A DNA stretch of 64,000 nt. It comes from Adineta vaga. Taxonomy: Eukaryota > Animalia > Rotifera. Each line of letters begins with the position of its first letter. Within the stretch, counting starts at the first letter, position 1. Below, one piece after another: positions 60,268 through 64,000 of this stretch. The position numbers and the translations under genes are program-made. Under the pieces are notes generated by a model. That model saw nothing but the letters and a program-made list of their open reading frames with translations. It was not told where the DNA came from and did no database searches. The stretch spans positions 14,756,001 to 14,820,000 of the forward strand of contig CP075492.1 of assembly GCA_021613535.1 (NCBI GenBank). Reading direction: 5' to 3'.

Positions 60268-61245
60268 TTAATGTTGAGGTATTACACGATGTCGATGCCA
60301 AATTTTAGTAACCAAATGCCTCAATTCTTTTCGATAGTATTTACCTGATAGTGTATAGATATAAAATGAAAAGACTTTATCAACAAAAGTAGCCAAGAGA
60401 CAAATATTAGCTATAAAATTTTCGATAGATAGTCGAAGAGGACTTTTAATAATTGGCAATGGTATACTTCCATAGATTTTTATGAGAGAAAAAGGCATTG
60501 TAAAGGTGATATATAGAGTGACTTGCATGGTAATCATACGTAATAGTTCTCGACTAATTTTCTTCTTTTTCCTTCCTAATGCAGATGGGAATCGCGCCCT
60601 AGCTGGTAAAATCTGTGGATCTTGTCGATCATGATAAATATGTTTAATTGTACCAAATCCAAAGAAAAACATCAGGATAGGTGGACCAATTCCTTGAAAA
60701 ATAAAATAAACAATTAGATCAAACATCGCACATATATCATTTTGTGTAAAACATGGTGTGGGTTTATGAAATTGATTTGCTTCAAAACAGTAAAAGCTTG
60801 GTGAAAAGATAAGTAATATGATGATAATGATAGTAAGACAAATACGTGTAGTTGTCCGCATGTTACTATAGTTTCGAATATTGACATCATGTGATGATGA
60901 TAAGAATCGATCAATACAACACATAACCATAAACCAACTTGACAGACAATAGGAGATATAATATATATAGAGTTGAAATTTGCAAACAATTGATGAATAG
61001 TATGCAGGTGTAATTCTAAAACCAATTAACGTTCGTAACATAACAAACGAATATATGAGAATAAGATTGGAGACAGATATAACAAATAATAATGGAATAC
61101 ATGGTGAAAGTGTCCATAAAGTTCGTTTGCTAAAGAGAATAATATTTAATACATTACCAATCGTACCCAAAACAATAAATGTGATACCAATGGATTCAAG
61201 AAGTTTGTTTTTAATTTCATCAATCAAAGTAATTGTATATGACAT
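60268..61245 (-). CDS. Class A GPCR, single exon
   Basis: 325 aa, 7TM, GTIGNVLN, VCKF, CIDRF, FSFYIYTLSGKYYRKEL. Confidence 0.87.
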   Translation of the reverse strand: MSYTITLIDEIKNKLLESIGITFIVLGTIGNVLNIILFSKRTLWTLSPCIPLLFVISVSNLILIYSFVMLRTLIGFRITPAYYSSIVCKFQLYIYYISYCLSSWFMVMCCIDRFLSSSHDVNIRNYSNMRTTTRICLTIIIIILLIFSPSFYCFEANQFHKPTPCFTQNDICAMFDLIVYFIFQGIGPPILMFFFGFGTIKHIYHDRQDPQILPARARFPSALGRKKKKISRELLRMITMQVTLYITFTMPFSLIKIYGSIPLPIIKSPLRLSIENFIANICLLATFVDKVFSFYIYTLSGKYYRKELRHLVTKIWHRHRVIPQH

Positions 61246-62612
61246 CGATGTTATAATGTTAAATATGAGAGTACGATAAAAGCATTTAATAAAATATTAT
61301 AACTAGAAAACAAAATTCAAGTTAAAAAACTATGGAATGATGCTTTTTAATTATATTTTATCTACTTCTCTCTAGAATACTGTCAACAACATTGAAATCT
61401 CTGTATCTTTCGATGTACTCTAACTGATAAGAACATATACTTCCATATCATATACAATGTCACTTAAAAGTCATGTGTTCGACTAAAAAATGCAGTAGTT
61501 ATAGGGGAAGAAAAGAAGTGAACTAAAGTTATTGAATATGATTTTAATATAAGATTATTTTATGGATTAAAAATACTATGATGAGGATCTTATTGTTTAT
61601 CACATAAGGGATGAATGAGAAAAATTTCAACAAAAGAATTAATTATTGTGAAGTGCACTATTTTCTTAAAAATTCATCTCATTATTTAAATATGAAAGCG
61701 ATATAAAAGATAAAAGTTAATTAAATACTGCACTATCTCAAAATAATTGTACTAATATATTCAAGACAAAAACTGTTAATGTGACCTTTTTGCTTATATC
61801 TTGTTTATTTCAGACTGAGGTACTCGCGAACGATCATATTAATATTTGATAATGCTCGAGGATTAAATAACCACTTAAACATCATAAGAATTGCCAATTC
61901 ACATCCATCCTCAAAACTTGATAAAATTGGACAACCGGTATATGAAAGACAAAAAGAAAGAAAAAAAAAAGGCGATAACTATTGTGCTAGATGCAGAACA
62001 AGGTACAGTAGAAAAGAATTTTTTAGTATCATCTCTTTATGAAAAACGAGAACTATTTCATATGAACGAATAAACTATATTTTTACTTTTCTGTCATTTA
62101 CTTGACAAAATTGCTAGGAATAAAGATTCAAACCTTCTTGGGTTTTCTTCTTTTCTCTTGTAAAATATAAACACAAAACTGAGTATTTTCGATGGAGAGG
62201 AATTAGGAATTTGATGTGTTAACATCAGGATATGTTCATATTTGTTCGGCTTATATTTTCAACTTATATACTTTGCTAAAATAACAGATTCCATGCATTA
62301 TAGATATTTGTAGAGTAAATTGAGTCTTAGTTTTTACTGAAAAATCGTTTCATATATGAAAACAACTTCAACATCAGTAATATACTTGATTACAAAATTA
62401 TATTTTTCCATTTTTGTTAAGTAGATTTTATTGAAACAAAAAAATAATTAATATTTTACATCAAATCTTTTTCTTAATGTTGTTAATAATTTATTATTCA
62501 TACAGAATTTCAACGGTTGAAAAAAGAATCATTTTTTTATAGTCTAATATTTATCTCATCCGAAATTATATGAAATCAATCTACATATCGTCATATGAAA
62601 ATTGAATATATA

Positions 62613-62869
62613 TGTTACAGGGGAAATTAAAATCCAGGACAATTTGAGGGTGTGAGTGTTGATGTAAGTGTGAATGAGGAGATGAAAAAAAGGCTGAGCA
62701 TGAATTTGAGGGTGTAGGAGGACGTTTCACCTTTATTCTGACTTACACGTTCACTCTTACCATCAATTTCACTCTCATTCGCAATCACAAGATCGTGCAA
62801 GTTAAAATCCTAATAGTTTTCTTACAGAATGTAGAAGAAAACAAGATGATTTTAATTTCCCTTGTAACA
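62613..62869. mobile_element. 257-bp MITE with the same termini as the Ginger element
   Basis: 22-bp TIRs TGTTACAGGGGAAATTAAAATC / GATTTTAATTTCCCTTGTAACA (one mismatch); flanks TATA and TCTA; first 21 nt identical to the Ginger TIR. Confidence 0.82.
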
Positions 62870-63596
62870 TCTATATGTAACCGTTTCTACAGCTCTCAAT
62901 GCTATTCCTATCGGACTTCCCTGCTGCTTATACGGATTCGAAGATGGTAATGATATTAAGAGTTGTCGAATGGTTTTTTTTTTCGTTTTTTTAAAGCATT
63001 TTTGTCGCAAATAATAGCCATACTGAGTTTTTTTCCGATCTACTATATTGTTTACTTTTCGACGCCATTGAGAGAAAAAAAATTCTCTCTTTATATATGG
63101 CGATGATGACCTTGAAAGTATTTTTTTCGGTTCTGCGCTTGTAGAAAGAGAATTATTTGCACGTATTCATTGTTTTTGATAGTTTATTGGAAAAAATCAC
63201 AACGCATAAAGAAATCCTTAAAATTGAAGCAACAAGAATGAGTTTTGTGGCGCAAACAGTCATTCATTTTAAACAGAACAAACACCAACAGTCATTTCAA
63301 TGAAATAAAAATCTTCGAACTTCCGCATTCATCTAATTAGTTACAAAAAATTATTTTGAAGATAAATAAAATATGTTTGATCGATATTAAATTCTAAAAG
63401 TTCTTTAAAAGGTTCTACCACAGTGGCTGAAAGAAGTGTGTGCAACAGATTTCTAATTTTTCTCCGAGGTATATTAAGAATATTTTTTCTATGATTCAGC
63501 GGTAAAACATAGAATCATTCTGTTGTATGATTCATCGATAGAAACGAAATAAACTCATAACATATTGTTCAACAAAAGTGTATTTTTTCATTAAAA

Positions 63597-64000
63597 ATGT
63601 CTGTGCAAGTTGATGTTTTTTCTGATCGATTCAAATTAAAGGAATTGAATAAAAATTTCGAGTATTTAATTCAACTAATCCAATCAACGTATCATCCATC
63701 ACCATTATTCAACGATGAATCATCATTGAAAATAAATGCACATTCATTAGATTTCTTACAACAATTCAATGGATCAAATCAATCCGAACAGATTCACTTA
63801 TTATCTCAGATCAATAGTTTACATGAATTATGGACATTTCTATCATGCAATCCAACATCATATGATTGTGAAACTTTTCTCAACGAACTCTATCAGTTAA
63901 CATTAACTTATTTATCTGTCAAACAACATTTATGTAAGACGTATATTTTTGACGAAATTCACTCATATGATCTTTCTATTTAGCGTTTCATTGTGAAGAT
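63597..64000 (+). CDS. Hypothetical protein, 5' part; continues beyond the window
   Basis: ORF from ATG 63597; a probable intron 63934-63983 (GTAAG...TTTAG) keeps the frame open (SFHCED) to the window edge. Confidence 0.55.

Noticed and set aside
1-64000. Hammerhead ribozymes, tRNA and rRNA genes
   Set aside because: The CTGATGA occurrences I inspected lack the stem II plus GAAA core, and no tRNA or rRNA signatures were seen by eye; a covariance-model scan was not possible.
1-64000. Bacterial contamination as the source of the foreign-looking genes
   Set aside because: They are interleaved with intron-rich animal-type genes, share the same base composition, and several contain spliceosomal introns.

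Overview
AT-rich eukaryotic DNA with many short (~50-65 nt) GT-AG introns. The gene families (expanded class A GPCRs, NHL, FG-GAP, F-box/LRR, ARM-TIR proteins, ABCB transporter, many non-metazoan-type enzymes) suggest a bdelloid rotifer (Adineta/Rotaria-like); this is an inference. Highlights: (1) an apparently intact Ginger2/TDD-type DNA transposon (9517-12340) with 230-bp TIRs, TATA TSD and a 7-exon integrase, plus a 257-bp MITE with the same termini at 62613-62869. (2) A foldback element built from GAATTCCGGAATTC palindromes. (3) Candidate horizontally acquired genes: Phi-class GST with an added myristoylation exon, bacterial-type deaminase, bacterial-type phytase-like phosphatase, Tfc7-like phosphatase, a bacterial-like secreted protein. 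(4) Spliced genes the ORF track misses: Costars protein, anchor-less NEET/CDGSH protein, a micro-exon secreted peptide, a Cys-rich GPI-type protein. (5) A basic disordered protein with seven (S)PTRRKS repeats. (6) Many pseudogenes, one with microhomology-bounded deletions that ends at a dispersed telomere-like motif. All family assignments come from motif recognition by eye; no searches were run.
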